Assembly: GCA_033723415.1 (NCBI GenBank)
Contig: JAWVXD010000005.1
Coordinates: 176,486 to 240,485, forward strand
DNA: 64,000 nucleotides
From: Sulfurospirillaceae bacterium
GTDB taxonomy: Bacteria; Campylobacterota; Campylobacteria; Campylobacterales; Sulfurospirillaceae
Reading direction: 5' to 3'
Shown: one piece after another, positions 21,045-32,567 of the stretch
How the letters are laid out: each line of letters begins with the position of its first letter
Position numbering within the stretch: the stretch's first letter is position 1
Position numbers and translations under genes: made by a program
Notes under the pieces: generated by a model
What the model was told of the DNA's origin: nothing
The model's database searches: none
What the model saw: only the letters and a program-made list of their open reading frames with translations

Positions 21045-21148
21045 CACGCTTTTTGGGCAAAGCTTAAAAAGCTCTACGTTAACACTGGGTTTTCTTCGGC
21101 AGAATGCCCACGCACCTTGTGGTGCTGTTGATTTGAGTTTGCTAAAAT
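21027..21148. repeat. palindrome-rich intergenic element (element C) between convergent genes
   Basis: AGAGCTTTTT/AAAAAGCTCT inverted repeat; GCTTTTTGGGC-AAA-GCTTAAAAAGC hairpin; GCACC-TTGT-GGTGC; single copy in the window. Confidence 0.45.
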
Positions 21149-21886
21149 CTAGTTAATTTTATCTTTTATAATTCTTGCTTTTTCAGAGATTTTATTGATC
21201 TTTTCAGTATTAGATAGTGTCTCATCCAATAGTACTTTTATAAATGTACTCCCTACGATCACTCCATCTACACCTGCGGCTTTTTCTTTTGCAGTTTTTT
21301 CATCTACTCCAAAACCTATATATAAAGGTGTCTGGCTATTTGCTTTTATTTCTTTTATAACTTCACTCAAGTCTTCTTTTGCACCGGTACCTGTGATCCC
21401 TGCATAAGCTACAAGATATATAAAACCTGTACTTTTATCTACGATCTTCGCTATTCTATCTTTCCCGTCTGTTGGTGCGACAAAGTTCACAAGTGAAATA
21501 TCATGCTTTTTAAAAATAGGCTTATACGCAAATGATTCTTCATGAGGAAGATCCGGTATGATAAAGCCCTTTACTCCCAAGTCTTGTGCTTTTTTGGATA
21601 TATTTTCAACGCCTTTGGCATAAAATGAGTTGAAATAGCCCATCCAGAAAGTATCTATCTCTTTTGAGATATTTTCTGTTATTTCATAAAGTGTTTTCAT
21701 CTTAAAACCGTTTTGAAGTGATTTTAGATTTGCTTCTTCGATGATTGGACCATCAGCCACAGGATCTGAAAATGCAATACCCAATTCCAGGATATCTACA
21801 CCTGCTTGTTTGAGAGACAGACCAAGATCCACAGTAAAATTCTTATCGGGATAACCCGCAGTTATGTAAGCTATTAATTTTTTCAT
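21149..21886 (-). CDS. trpA: tryptophan synthase alpha subunit
   Basis: YITAGYP, LELGIAFSDPVADGP, PDLP, GITG, IGFGV, DGVIVGS. Confidence 0.95.
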   Translation of the reverse strand: MKKLIAYITAGYPDKNFTVDLGLSLKQAGVDILELGIAFSDPVADGPIIEEANLKSLQNGFKMKTLYEITENISKEIDTFWMGYFNSFYAKGVENISKKAQDLGVKGFIIPDLPHEESFAYKPIFKKHDISLVNFVAPTDGKDRIAKIVDKSTGFIYLVAYAGITGTGAKEDLSEVIKEIKANSQTPLYIGFGVDEKTAKEKAAGVDGVIVGSTFIKVLLDETLSNTEKINKISEKARIIKDKIN

Positions 21887-22293
21887 TTGACTTCTAATTT
21901 AAGAGGGACTTTTATAATAAGCGGATTGAACATACTAAAATACTCGGCATCTTTTTCGACATCTTGCCTATAATTACTAAACTGATCGCTCACAAGTAGC
22001 AACCAATCTATGAATTCTTCACTTGCCGGACCTTTTAACATCCTAGCCTCTTCGACTACATCTTCACACAAAGAAGCAAGTTTGATTATAGGGTCTAGTT
22101 TCAAGAAACTACCTGCTGATTTCAAGTTATGAAATATTCTAAAAAGTTCTCTTATATTTTCTTCATAAACATCCGGTTTATTAAGGTTAATAATAAGAGG
22201 TTCCATGTTTTCACACATAATTGCATAATGGTTTATAAAATCATCAACAATATCAATGTCAAAATCTAATTCTAACTGTGAATAAACACCCAT
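21883..22293 (-). CDS. stand-alone Hpt (histidine phosphotransfer) domain protein
   Basis: LFRIFHNLKSAGSFL..ED helical-bundle motif; start MGVYSQ after AGGGAG; ATGA overlap with trpA. Confidence 0.8.
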   Translation of the reverse strand: MGVYSQLELDFDIDIVDDFINHYAIMCENMEPLIINLNKPDVYEENIRELFRIFHNLKSAGSFLKLDPIIKLASLCEDVVEEARMLKGPASEEFIDWLLLVSDQFSNYRQDVEKDAEYFSMFNPLIIKVPLKLEVK

Positions 22294-22376
22294 GAAACTC
22301 CCTATAAAATTCAAAACACTTGTTTTAAGTACAATTGTACCATTTTTTTGATAAAATAAAATAAAAACTACCTAGG

Positions 22377-23168
22377 TTGTCGGACATGCAAACTATAACA
22401 TCTATAAAAGAATCCAAATCAAAAACTCCGCTTGTCATGATCACAGCTTATGATGCACTTTTTGCTTCTATTTTTGATAAAAAAGTCGATATGATATTGG
22501 TTGGAGACAGCTTAAATATGAGCTTTAACAAGGCCCCTGACACCCTATCTGCAACTATGGATATCATGATCTATCACACAAAGGCAGTATGTGCAGGCGC
22601 AAAAGATACTTTTATAATTTGCGATATGCCCTTTGGGACTTATACAGATGAAAGATCTGCATTGAAAAATGCATCCAGAGTATATCAAGAAACAAATGCT
22701 CATGCTGTAAAAATCGAAGGCGGCGTGGATAGAGCCCACATAATAAAAGAGCTGACGTCAAACTCAATTGCTGTCATGGGTCATATAGGATTGATGCCGC
22801 AATTTGTAAGATCAGAAGGCGGATACAAGATCAAAGGTAAAAACCAAGAAAATCTGGATCAACTCATAAAAGATGCTAAAGCGGTCGAAGAAGCAGGAGC
22901 ATTTTGTTTGGTCGTAGAAGGCGTCAAAGCAGATGTTGTAAAAGAGATAACAGACAGCGTAAGTATCCCGACCATAGGAATCGGATCCGGTGCTGACACT
23001 GACGGACAAGTTCTAGTCTGGAGTGATGCTTTTGGCTTTTTCAATGATTTTCAACCAAAATTTGTAAAGAACTACCTTGATGGACATAAATTGATAAGCG
23101 ATGCGATCAGCCAATATGCAAACGAAGTAAAAAGTAAAAAATTTCCGGCAAAAGAGCATACATACTGA
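22377..23168 (+). CDS. panB: 3-methyl-2-oxobutanoate hydroxymethyltransferase
   Basis: [39 protein letters not shown]; the start could be ATG 22386. Confidence 0.95.
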   Translation: MSDMQTITSIKESKSKTPLVMITAYDALFASIFDKKVDMILVGDSLNMSFNKAPDTLSATMDIMIYHTKAVCAGAKDTFIICDMPFGTYTDERSALKNASRVYQETNAHAVKIEGGVDRAHIIKELTSNSIAVMGHIGLMPQFVRSEGGYKIKGKNQENLDQLIKDAKAVEEAGAFCLVVEGVKADVVKEITDSVSIPTIGIGSGADTDGQVLVWSDAFGFFNDFQPKFVKNYLDGHKLISDAISQYANEVKSKKFPAKEHTY

Positions 23169-24190
23169 TGGAACGGATTGTAGAAATAGACAAAATATCG
23201 TTTGAAAATGAGTACGAAAAGTCACTCAGACCTACCTCTTGGGATGGCTATATAGGGCAAGACCAAATCAAAAAGAATTTAAAAGTATTTATCAAAGCTT
23301 CAAAGCAAAGAGAAGAGTGCCTGGATCATGTACTTTTTTTCGGACCTCCGGGTCTTGGTAAAACAACACTTGCTTATATTATCTCAAATGAAATGGAAAC
23401 AAATATCAAAATGGTTGCAGCGCCGATGATAGAAAAAAGCGGTGATCTCGCTGCGATACTGACGAATTTGGAAGAAGGTGATATCCTTTTTATAGATGAG
23501 ATACACAGACTCTCTCCTGCCATAGAAGAGATACTTTATCCTGCTATGGAAGATTTTAGATTAGATATAATCATAGGCAGCGGTCCTGCGGCACAAACAA
23601 TAAAGATAGACCTTCCGAAATTCACTCTAATTGGAGCGACCACAAGGGCCGGCATGATAAGCTCCCCACTGAGAGATAGATTCGGTATGCACTTTAGACT
23701 TCAATTTTACGATAAACTTGAACTCTCTGAGATAATTACCAAAGCATCACATCACCTAAATAAAGAGTGCTTGAAAGATGGTGCCCTAGAGATAGCAAGA
23801 AGATCGAGGGGAACACCTAGAATTGCCCTTAGATTACTTAAACGCGTGCGTGACTTTGCCGATGTTGAAGGTGAGGAGAAGATCAGTAAAGAAAGAACTG
23901 ATTATGCTCTAGGGGAACTTGGTGTAAATGAACTGGGGTTTGATGAATTAGATATAAAGTTTTTGAAACTTTTAGTTGAATCAAGGGGCAAAGCGTTGGG
24001 TCTAAGCACGATTGCTGCTGCTTTAAGTGAAGACGAGGGTACGATAGAAGACGTGATAGAGCCTTATTTACTTGCCAATGGATATATGCAAAGAACGGCA
24101 AAAGGAAGAATCGCAAGCAGAAAATGCTATGAACTCTTCAAACTCACGCCTTTAGAGTCAAATGGATTATTTGGAGAAGATTTAATATGA
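23168..24190 (+). CDS. ruvB: Holliday junction branch migration helicase
   Basis: [41 protein letters not shown]. Confidence 0.97.
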   Translation: MERIVEIDKISFENEYEKSLRPTSWDGYIGQDQIKKNLKVFIKASKQREECLDHVLFFGPPGLGKTTLAYIISNEMETNIKMVAAPMIEKSGDLAAILTNLEEGDILFIDEIHRLSPAIEEILYPAMEDFRLDIIIGSGPAAQTIKIDLPKFTLIGATTRAGMISSPLRDRFGMHFRLQFYDKLELSEIITKASHHLNKECLKDGALEIARRSRGTPRIALRLLKRVRDFADVEGEEKISKERTDYALGELGVNELGFDELDIKFLKLLVESRGKALGLSTIAAALSEDEGTIEDVIEPYLLANGYMQRTAKGRIASRKCYELFKLTPLESNGLFGEDLI

Positions 24191-25230
24191 ATTTACAAAG
24201 ATTTTTTTTAATCGGTATTTTTTTGACGGTTCTTTACTGGATACTGAAGCTGTATGAACCTTTCCTTGTTGTAATAACGGTAGCATCCCTGCTATCGATC
24301 GCTACTTACAAAATAAACGCCAATATAAACAAATATGTCCCGAATAAAACATTATCGGCTACAATCTCTACTTTATTTTTATTTTTACTATTTTTTGCAC
24401 CTATCATATATATCATAACCTCTGCCGGAGAGATCATAAACAACTTCAATCCTCAGATCGTTGACAATACGATAGCTTATATCAAAAACCTACACTATAC
24501 GTTACCGCACAGTCTGTTATTTTTAAAAAGCAACATAGATGATTTTTTAAATAGTATTGATCTAACGAACATAACAAAAAATCTGCTCTCATATCTTGGT
24601 TCTGTCGGAAAGAATAGTGCTAACTTTTTAAAAGATATGGTTTTGATCTTGATATTTTATTTCTTTGTTACATTAAAATCAAAAGAACTGGGTAGCTATT
24701 TTAAGACTATATTGCCTATGGCAAATGAAGAGATCGACCTGATATTTGGAGAAGTTTCAAATGTCATGAGTGTCGTTTTCTATTCTATCTTGGCAACTGC
24801 GATTTTTGAAGGTATCTTGTTTGCGGCTATTGGGGTGGTCTTTGGCTACAACGGGCTTTTGCTTGGTATCTTTTATGGTTTTGCTTCTTTGATACCAATA
24901 GTCGGAGGAGCCCTTATGTGGGTGCCTTTGAGCGTTTATGAGTTTGCGAACGGAAACTACATCGCAGGTTTCAGTATAGCCATCTACTCTATAGTCGTCA
25001 TCTCAGTCATCGCAGATACTTTTATCAAACCAATGATAATCAAATACATAAATGAAAAGCTCTCAACCGTGAGAGCTAATATCAACGAGCTTTTGGTATT
25101 TTTTTCCATACTTGCAGGACTTACAACCTTCGGATTTTGGGGTATGATACTTGGTCCGGCCATAACAACACTTTTTATCTCGCTTATGACCATGTTTAAG
25201 ACGATAAAAGAAAAAGGTTTGGATATCTAA
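24187..25230 (+). CDS. AI-2E family transporter
   Basis: Polytopic; [30 protein letters not shown]. Confidence 0.88.
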   Translation: MNLQRFFLIGIFLTVLYWILKLYEPFLVVITVASLLSIATYKINANINKYVPNKTLSATISTLFLFLLFFAPIIYIITSAGEIINNFNPQIVDNTIAYIKNLHYTLPHSLLFLKSNIDDFLNSIDLTNITKNLLSYLGSVGKNSANFLKDMVLILIFYFFVTLKSKELGSYFKTILPMANEEIDLIFGEVSNVMSVVFYSILATAIFEGILFAAIGVVFGYNGLLLGIFYGFASLIPIVGGALMWVPLSVYEFANGNYIAGFSIAIYSIVVISVIADTFIKPMIIKYINEKLSTVRANINELLVFFSILAGLTTFGFWGMILGPAITTLFISLMTMFKTIKEKGLDI

Positions 25231-25245
25231 AGCATAAAGAAATCG

Positions 25246-27300
25246 CTATTCATTATTGATGCTGATCTCTTCTGTATTCTCAAGTGAATCCGTACACTCT
25301 TCTAAAAGCTTTATGATCTTTTTATGTCTGTTTTTTCGTTGATTGACAAAATCTATCTTTTGATTTTTTATCTCTTCAAATTTTGCCGTCAGTCTATCAT
25401 AATCGTTACTCAAAAATGTTCTGTTTGAGCTCATAAGATTATTTAGCTCATACATATAAAAACTTTCCGTAAGTTTTTGTTTGATCTCTGCCAGGCTTGG
25501 ATTGTAAAGTGAAAATCTTGTAGGATTCTCTTCATACAACTTAGAAAAACTGTCAATCTTGTTATTTAAAAATGAGATACAGGCTTCCGTAGCATTATGG
25601 TAATTAAACTTCACAGAACTTCTTATATGTGTAAAATTTGAACTAACCAGAGAAGAAGAGTGTGATACTTCGTCATGATAAGGTTTCAGTATATGTTCAT
25701 AAACCCTTGCCGCAAATTTTCTGATATTTGCAAACTCGATATCTGAGTGTATCTCCTCTTTTTTTCTTATTATACTGTAAGGACTTTGCCATCTAAAGAT
25801 CTTCTCTTCGAATTTGTCATAGATCTCTTTATTCTTTGTATTTACTCTCTCTTCTATCTCGACTATGCCTTTGGCATATCTTTTAAACATCTTACCGACA
25901 AGATCATCATCATAAAAAAGAGTTTTATATGCCGAGTCTGCATTTATCTTTGCGCATTTGTATTCTACTTTTTTATACGTATCGTCATGATTGAAAAGCT
26001 TCTTCTTCTCTTGTGCAAATCTATACTTTGTCTCTTCTTCAACATGAGCGTATATCTCCGTAGCAATAGTTTCAATAATATGCTCTATGTTATGATACGC
26101 ATCTTTCAGATCTTTTGAAAATGTGTTCTTCGCCTCTGCGAACTCTTCTTTGACAACAGAATCAAATCTTTCTATCTCCGCTATCAGTTCATCGTAAATT
26201 CTCAAGAACAGTTCATATTGCGCTATGATCTTTTGACAAATATTCTTGATCTCTTTCTTGATAGAAAACTCTTTGGCTTCTATAGCTCGTGGCTGGATCT
26301 CATCTTTTATAAAATCTATTACTTTTTGGATATTTGACTGCTTAGCCAATTTGAGATTTTCCCGTAGATCCATCTCACGGATTGAGTTCAACTTTCTCTC
26401 ATACTGCTTGTAACCATCTTCTAAAAAGCCTATATAAGATGATTGCATATTTTCATGAAGTTTTGAATCTATTGATCCCAGAAACTCTTCTAAAGCCTCT
26501 TCCATAAGAGCATTCTTGTCGCTGCTTCTTGATCTAAGCGCTTCTCTTGCTGATATAGGTACAACTTCACTAAAATATTTTCCGAAAGCTTCTTTTACGT
26601 ATGAGACACTTTGCTGTATCTCCTCTTCACTGAACTTATCTTTTTGATTCAATACACACAGTGATTTATTTTTGTATTGTGAGAGATACTGTTCTAAGAC
26701 ATCTGCTTCACTCATCTTCCCTGCATTATCTATAAGGGTAAGCCATATGATACCATCAACCTCTTTTAGGACTTTGATAGTAGTTTGAGTATCTGAATTT
26801 GCGCCGGAATTTAATCCCGGAGTATCTACAAATACGATATCTTTTAACATATTCAAAGGAGAGTAAAGTATAAGATAATCTATATCTTCTACCCCGATCC
26901 TCTGATCTGTAAATTTATTTATACTCTCTATATCATGATACTCGTCTCGTCCGTCTTTGTATTTCACTCTTATCTTTAGCTCATCGCCGTACCTGATATA
27001 ATTTACCTTTGAAGTTACAGGAGTTATACCTGTAGGAAGAATGCTTTTTGCCAAAAGCGCATTTAAAAATGTTGATTTACCGCTTGAGAATTGACCGGTT
27101 ATGGCAACTTTCATAGGCTCTTTTACCCTGATCTTCAACTTATCAAGTGCATGTACGAGCTGAATGGAAGGAGAAAGTTTGTCATCAAGCAAAAGATATC
27201 TTGCTTTTTCCAATGAACCTATGAGCGATTTGTCAAATGTAGGTGTACTGCTTAGGTATTTTTCTTTATATGAGATTACAAATTTATCAAATATGCTCAT
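25246..27300 (-). CDS. bacterial dynamin-like protein (DLP2-type)
   Basis: GQFSSGKST, LPTGITPVT, DTPG, NQKD, long helical C-terminus. Confidence 0.88.
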   Translation of the reverse strand: MSIFDKFVISYKEKYLSSTPTFDKSLIGSLEKARYLLLDDKLSPSIQLVHALDKLKIRVKEPMKVAITGQFSSGKSTFLNALLAKSILPTGITPVTSKVNYIRYGDELKIRVKYKDGRDEYHDIESINKFTDQRIGVEDIDYLILYSPLNMLKDIVFVDTPGLNSGANSDTQTTIKVLKEVDGIIWLTLIDNAGKMSEADVLEQYLSQYKNKSLCVLNQKDKFSEEEIQQSVSYVKEAFGKYFSEVVPISAREALRSRSSDKNALMEEALEEFLGSIDSKLHENMQSSYIGFLEDGYKQYERKLNSIREMDLRENLKLAKQSNIQKVIDFIKDEIQPRAIEAKEFSIKKEIKNICQKIIAQYELFLRIYDELIAEIERFDSVVKEEFAEAKNTFSKDLKDAYHNIEHIIETIATEIYAHVEEETKYRFAQEKKKLFNHDDTYKKVEYKCAKINADSAYKTLFYDDDLVGKMFKRYAKGIVEIEERVNTKNKEIYDKFEEKIFRWQSPYSIIRKKEEIHSDIEFANIRKFAARVYEHILKPYHDEVSHSSSLVSSNFTHIRSSVKFNYHNATEACISFLNNKIDSFSKLYEENPTRFSLYNPSLAEIKQKLTESFYMYELNNLMSSNRTFLSNDYDRLTAKFEEIKNQKIDFVNQRKNRHKKIIKLLEECTDSLENTEEISINNE

Positions 27301-27303
27301 CTG

Positions 27304-29697
27304 TCACTCCGCCAGCTTGTCATCTAAAACTTGCAATTCATTTTTTACAGTTTGCAAAATATTCAACTTATTTTTTAGATCTTCAACTCTTTGAGTCTTC
27401 TCAACTGAAGATCTCTCTATAGTTCTTATACTGTTTTCTATCATGTCGTCTTTCATCTTCATTTGCATTTCTATATTTTGAACCTTTGTCTTTGCAAAAG
27501 TTATAAAATTATCCAGTAATTCCTGATTGATATTTACCAATCTGTCACTTAGCATCGTTTTAATGTTCTCGAATTCTTCTGCTAGTATATCTCCAAGCTT
27601 AGTATCCAGTTCTTCAAGATTTTTATTTGAGTATTTTTTTATCAAAGAGTTGACTTTTGTAACCAGAATTTCACTATTTTGAAATATCATTACCTTTTTA
27701 AAGTACTTATCAAAGAAGTCTTGGGAATCAAACTTTTGATTCTCTACGATCTCTTTATCGTCAAAATCTTCAAAACTGTTCTTAACATGATCATATGAAG
27801 TTTGCATCTTTTTTTGAAATTCATATCTGTAATCTCTTGCCAGATCAACAAGCCCATCTTTTATGCCTGTTTGTATAAAATACTCTATTCTCTCTTGCTT
27901 TGGCAGTTTTTTATTTTTTCTCATTTCATAAGAGACATCATCGGTTACCCGTTTCTTAATTATATTTTTGAGTCTGGTAAGTGAATCCTGCGAATATTTT
28001 TCCAAGGTCTTAAAATATGATGTGAGTTCCAATTTACTCTCATCTATATTTTTTTTGATGCTATCCAGATTTGTCAAAAGCTGAGTCTTGTGTTTTTTAT
28101 GTTCTTCAAACTCTTTTTGTATCTCTTCTTTTGATTTGCTCAAGAATTCAATCTCATCTTCAAAATTCTTTTCACTCTCTAAAAGGACAGACATAATCTC
28201 TATAAGATTGCTCTGGATTATCAAATTTGCTTTTATACTCTCTTCACCGAACAATACCTGATTTAGATAATTTTCTATTTTTAATATACCTGTTCTTTCA
28301 AGATCATATCCATTTTCCAAGGCAATATCACTCTTGCCAAGCTTATGCAACAATGCCATTTTCCCCGAAATTGGTATAAAGTCTATCTTTTCCAAGATCA
28401 TTTTTAGCTGTGCTGATTTATTTTGCTCTTCGAGTCTTTGTTTTATACTTCTTTTTGTGTATTCTACGACCTCTTCAAGTTCTTCCTCGCTGACCGTATC
28501 TATTCTAGTGATAACGATAAGAAGCCTTGCAATATTTTGGTATATGATCGCATCTATTATAAAGTCAACATCTTTTTTCGTAGCTGATTGGTTTACGTTC
28601 ATAAGATGCACCATCAAATCACAATCAAGAGTATACTGTAGAGTTATCTCTTCACGCTGAATGATAGGATCGTCAAGTCCCGGAGTATCAACAATCTCTA
28701 CTCCGTCTTGTAAAAAAGAGAGATCACTGTAGAGCTCGACACTTTTGACAAGATTACATTTTTTATTAGACTCTTTTGCAGATGTAAAAAGATGTAGATC
28801 TTCTATACTTATCTCTTCGCTTTTCCCATCATCTGTTATAAATTTATCAAGATCATTCTCAAAATGACTTTTTGTCTCAGATACAAACTTCTCTATACTA
28901 GGAGAATCTTTGGCATTTGACGATATCTTGTCAAACTCGTTTTTGGTCCAGTAATGCACCTTCGCATATTTATTCTTTGAATATTTCAAGATGGTAAGAT
29001 TGGCAGTCTCAGGGACGACTGAAGTTCCCAGAACCTCTTCTCCGAGGATTGCATTTAGCATAGTTGATTTACCGGCATTCATAACGCCTGTTATTCCGAT
29101 AGAGAGTTTTTCTTCTTTTAATTTATCCGTACAACTATCTAATCTTTCAACAAAATAATCATTTTGTATGCAATTTTTCAGGTTTTCTATACTTGTGTTT
29201 AAGATATTTAGAGAATTTTTGTAAAAAAGATCATCTTTTTTAGCTTCTTTTATAACTATGTTTGTAATTTCAGGTTTATTTTCTTTTATCAGCTCAAACA
29301 ATCCGATCAATCTTCTACTGACATAGTAAGAGATTATGCCCTCTTTTCTCAAGATCTCAAATCTGGATTTGATCTGAGTATTAAGACTTAGATCACCAAG
29401 CTCATCAATAAAACGTAAAGTCTCTTTTTGGGCTTGAAGGATGGTTTTTTTGTTTGCATCAACATCAGCCAATAATCCGTCAAACAGAAGTTTAAACTCT
29501 TCGATTTGTGTGATCTTGTCTAAATTTTCGCTACTTATTATAAATAAGATCGAACAACTGTCACAAAAGTCATCATAATTGTTTTCAAAAGTAAAAAGTA
29601 TTTTTTCTTTCAGAGATCCCGGTAAATTATCTATGGAATCGCTATCTTCATTCCAGGCTAAAAGAAAAAAATCATTTAAAATATGCACGAACACCAT
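27304..29697 (-). CDS. bacterial dynamin-like protein (DLP1-type)
   Basis: GVMNAGKST, PETANLT, DTPGLDD, TRID, coiled-coil tail. Confidence 0.88.
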   Translation of the reverse strand: MVFVHILNDFFLLAWNEDSDSIDNLPGSLKEKILFTFENNYDDFCDSCSILFIISSENLDKITQIEEFKLLFDGLLADVDANKKTILQAQKETLRFIDELGDLSLNTQIKSRFEILRKEGIISYYVSRRLIGLFELIKENKPEITNIVIKEAKKDDLFYKNSLNILNTSIENLKNCIQNDYFVERLDSCTDKLKEEKLSIGITGVMNAGKSTMLNAILGEEVLGTSVVPETANLTILKYSKNKYAKVHYWTKNEFDKISSNAKDSPSIEKFVSETKSHFENDLDKFITDDGKSEEISIEDLHLFTSAKESNKKCNLVKSVELYSDLSFLQDGVEIVDTPGLDDPIIQREEITLQYTLDCDLMVHLMNVNQSATKKDVDFIIDAIIYQNIARLLIVITRIDTVSEEELEEVVEYTKRSIKQRLEEQNKSAQLKMILEKIDFIPISGKMALLHKLGKSDIALENGYDLERTGILKIENYLNQVLFGEESIKANLIIQSNLIEIMSVLLESEKNFEDEIEFLSKSKEEIQKEFEEHKKHKTQLLTNLDSIKKNIDESKLELTSYFKTLEKYSQDSLTRLKNIIKKRVTDDVSYEMRKNKKLPKQERIEYFIQTGIKDGLVDLARDYRYEFQKKMQTSYDHVKNSFEDFDDKEIVENQKFDSQDFFDKYFKKVMIFQNSEILVTKVNSLIKKYSNKNLEELDTKLGDILAEEFENIKTMLSDRLVNINQELLDNFITFAKTKVQNIEMQMKMKDDMIENSIRTIERSSVEKTQRVEDLKNKLNILQTVKNELQVLDDKLAE

Positions 29698-29827
29698 CCA
29701 AAAAATATTATTATTCTACTAATAAAATAGATTATTTATTGATATTTTAGAAGGTTGAATAATTAGGATGACATTATATCAAGAAAAGTTATATATGAGT
29801 AATATTTTCAATATTAAAATGAAAATT

Positions 29828-29856
29828 TAAGAGAGCCGTCATGAAGACGGCTCTTT
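29828..29856 (-). terminator. terminator of frdCAB
   Basis: AGAGCCGTC-ttcat-GACGGCTCT then CTTAAATTTT on the minus strand. Confidence 0.75.
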
Positions 29857-29863
29857 AGAGTGT

Positions 29864-30583
29864 TTATCTCAATGCTACGAGTTTTCTTCTCATATATGCG
29901 ATTTTACTTTGTAATGGTAAGTGTTTTGGACAGTTATCTTCACATGCCAATAGACTCATACAACCAAAGATTCCGTTGTCATCTCCGACCAATTCATAAA
30001 AATCTTCATCAGTTCTTTCATCATGTGGATCCATTCTGAATCTTGCGACTCTGTTCAAACCGACTGCTCCGACAAAATCAGGTCTCATAAGTTTTGTACC
30101 GCAAGCTGCAACACAAATACCGCACTCAACACAACGATCTAGCTCAAAAGTATCTTCTGCAACTTGAGGCTCGATTGGTTTTTCCAATTTTGAATAATCA
30201 GTCTCTTCGCTAGAGTGAACCCAGCTCTCAACTCTTTTGCTCATACCGTCCATCCATTCACCGGTATTTACTGATAGATCTTTGATCAATCTAAATGCCG
30301 GCATAGGCATAAGCTGAATCACACCGCTTTCATAATCTTTGGTCAACGTACGACAAGCAAGTTTAGGCGTACCGTTTACCATCATTCCGCAACTACCGCA
30401 AATACCTGCACGACATACAAAGTCAAATGACAAATCTGCATCGTATGTTTCTCTGATCTTGCTAAGTGCGATGAACAGCGTCATACCATCTGTCTCTTCT
30501 AATTTATACTCCGCAAAGTGTGCTTTGGAGACCTTAGAATTTGGATTGTATTTAAGTGCTTTTATTGTTATTTCTCTTCCCAT
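29864..30583 (-). CDS. frdB: fumarate reductase iron-sulfur subunit
   Basis: [32 protein letters not shown]; start MGREITIK. Confidence 0.96.
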   Translation of the reverse strand: MGREITIKALKYNPNSKVSKAHFAEYKLEETDGMTLFIALSKIRETYDADLSFDFVCRAGICGSCGMMVNGTPKLACRTLTKDYESGVIQLMPMPAFRLIKDLSVNTGEWMDGMSKRVESWVHSSEETDYSKLEKPIEPQVAEDTFELDRCVECGICVAACGTKLMRPDFVGAVGLNRVARFRMDPHDERTDEDFYELVGDDNGIFGCMSLLACEDNCPKHLPLQSKIAYMRRKLVALR

Positions 30584-30584
30584 T

Positions 30585-32564
30585 TTAATCTCCAAATCTT
30601 TCGTTTTTAGCTTTATAATAAGGCTGTAATTCAAATTCCATCAAAGCTTCTTGAATTTCATATCTGTCTTTTCCGGCAGCTTCCATCTCTTCTCTTATTT
30701 TGTCTACTTCTTCTTGTCTTTGTATACTTAGCGGATTCTCTATGATCATACCTTTTGCACCATACCCTCTAAAAGCCGGTGGCATTTCCATTTTCATGAT
30801 ATCCAAGTCTTCATACTCTACAGTAGGAAGATCAGCACCCTCTTTCCAAGAAGTAAGTGTTCTCTTCAGCCAGTTCGCATCATCTCTTTTAAGATAATCT
30901 TCTCTATAATGCGCACCTCTACTCTCAGTCCTCTCTCTGGCACCAAGTGCGACACATAAAGCTATTTTTAGCATTTTTGGTACTCTATAAGCTTCTTCAA
31001 GCTCCGGATTGGCACTTAAAGTTTTAGATTTTACAGTGATATTATTTGCTTCTCTGTACAATTCTTGAAGCTCTTTAACGGCAAGGTCAAGATTTTCACC
31101 ATCTCTAAAAATCGCAACTTTTTCCCACATAATATCTTTCATCTTGTTCTTGATCTCATAAATATTATATTTTCCATCTTTTTCTAAGAGTGATGCTAAA
31201 TAATTTTGCTCTTCATCAAGCTTATCTTCAACAACTTTTGTATTTATATCGATCTCTGTTTTTGAACAGTAATCAGCAAAATAATCTCCTACTATCATAC
31301 CGCTAACAACAGTTTCGCTTACTGAGTTACCGCCTAGTCTGTTAAATCCGTGCATATCCCAACAAGCTGCTTCTCCACATGAGAACAAGCCTTTCAAGGT
31401 TGGAGATTCACCTGTCGGTTTAGTTCTGATTCCACCCATAGAATAATGTTGCATAGGAAGAACCGGAGCCCAGCCTTTTGGACCTTCGTCAGCAGGATCG
31501 ATACCATTGAATATCTGACATATTTCTTGAACGTCTCTTAGGTTCTTTTCTATATGTTCTCTTCCGAGAATAGATATATCAAGCCATAAGTGATCACCGT
31601 ACGGTGATTTTACACCTTTTCCGTTTCTGATGTGTTCCATCATACGACGGCTAACAACGTCACGGCTTGCCAATTCTTTTTTCTCAGGTTCATAATCTGG
31701 CATAAATCTGTGACCGTCAACATCTCTAAGGATACCGCCGTCACCTCTACAGCCTTCTGTTAAAAGTATTCCTGATGGGACTATCGGAGTCGGGTGAAAT
31801 TGTACAGCTTCCATATTTCCTAGTCTTGCAACACCGGTTTCTAGAGCAATAGCCGCACCAATACCTTCACAGATAACTGCATTTGTAGTTTGTTTGTAGA
31901 TTCTTCCGTATCCGCCTGTTGCTATAAGTGTTCCTTTTGCAACATAAGCAGACAATTCACCTGTTATCAAATCTCTAACGATCGCTCCATAGCATTGGTT
32001 GTTGTCAACGATAAGAGCAATAGCTTCTTTTCTATCTTCAATATTTACATCTCGCTTCAATGCTTCATTTGCAACTCCGTATAGCATTGTGTGACCTGTT
32101 GCATCCGAAGTAAAACAAGTTCTCCATTTCTTTGTACCGCCAAAGTCACGAGACTGTATGTATCCGTGTGTTTCATCATCTTCTACTATCGTAGTTCTTT
32201 GAGCATTTATAACTGCTTCTCTTGGTCCTTTTGTAATTCTTGTCCAAGGCACACCCCATCCTGCCAATTGGCGGATTGCTTTTGGTGCAGTTGTAACGAA
32301 CATTCTGGCAACATCTTGATCACATCCCCAGTCACTTCCTTTTACGGTGTCTGCAAAGTGAACGTCTTCATTATCGCCTCTACCCATTTTAGAGTTTCCA
32401 AGGCTTGCCTGCATACCACCTTGTGCAGCAGCAGAGTGAGATCTTTTAACTGGAACCAAACTTAGAACTGTAGTGCTCAAACCTTTTGATTTTGCTTCGA
32501 CGGCAGCTCTAAGACCTGCCAAACCACCACCTATAACTAGTGCATCACAATATTTTATATTCAT
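30585..32564 (-). CDS. frdA: fumarate reductase flavoprotein
   Basis: [16 protein letters not shown] (FAD-linked His), [21 protein letters not shown]. Confidence 0.97.
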   Translation of the reverse strand: MNIKYCDALVIGGGLAGLRAAVEAKSKGLSTTVLSLVPVKRSHSAAAQGGMQASLGNSKMGRGDNEDVHFADTVKGSDWGCDQDVARMFVTTAPKAIRQLAGWGVPWTRITKGPREAVINAQRTTIVEDDETHGYIQSRDFGGTKKWRTCFTSDATGHTMLYGVANEALKRDVNIEDRKEAIALIVDNNQCYGAIVRDLITGELSAYVAKGTLIATGGYGRIYKQTTNAVICEGIGAAIALETGVARLGNMEAVQFHPTPIVPSGILLTEGCRGDGGILRDVDGHRFMPDYEPEKKELASRDVVSRRMMEHIRNGKGVKSPYGDHLWLDISILGREHIEKNLRDVQEICQIFNGIDPADEGPKGWAPVLPMQHYSMGGIRTKPTGESPTLKGLFSCGEAACWDMHGFNRLGGNSVSETVVSGMIVGDYFADYCSKTEIDINTKVVEDKLDEEQNYLASLLEKDGKYNIYEIKNKMKDIMWEKVAIFRDGENLDLAVKELQELYREANNITVKSKTLSANPELEEAYRVPKMLKIALCVALGARERTESRGAHYREDYLKRDDANWLKRTLTSWKEGADLPTVEYEDLDIMKMEMPPAFRGYGAKGMIIENPLSIQRQEEVDKIREEMEAAGKDRYEIQEALMEFELQPYYKAKNERFGD

Positions 32565-32567
32565 CTT

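Noticed and set aside
21149..21886. trpA separated from other trp genes
   Set aside because: Scattered biosynthetic genes are common in this phylum and the ORF is intact
3992..30634. N-terminal extensions in the ORF track for livF, porin, both dctP, Hpt and frdB
   Set aside because: Downstream ATGs match the family N-termini and mostly have a clear SD
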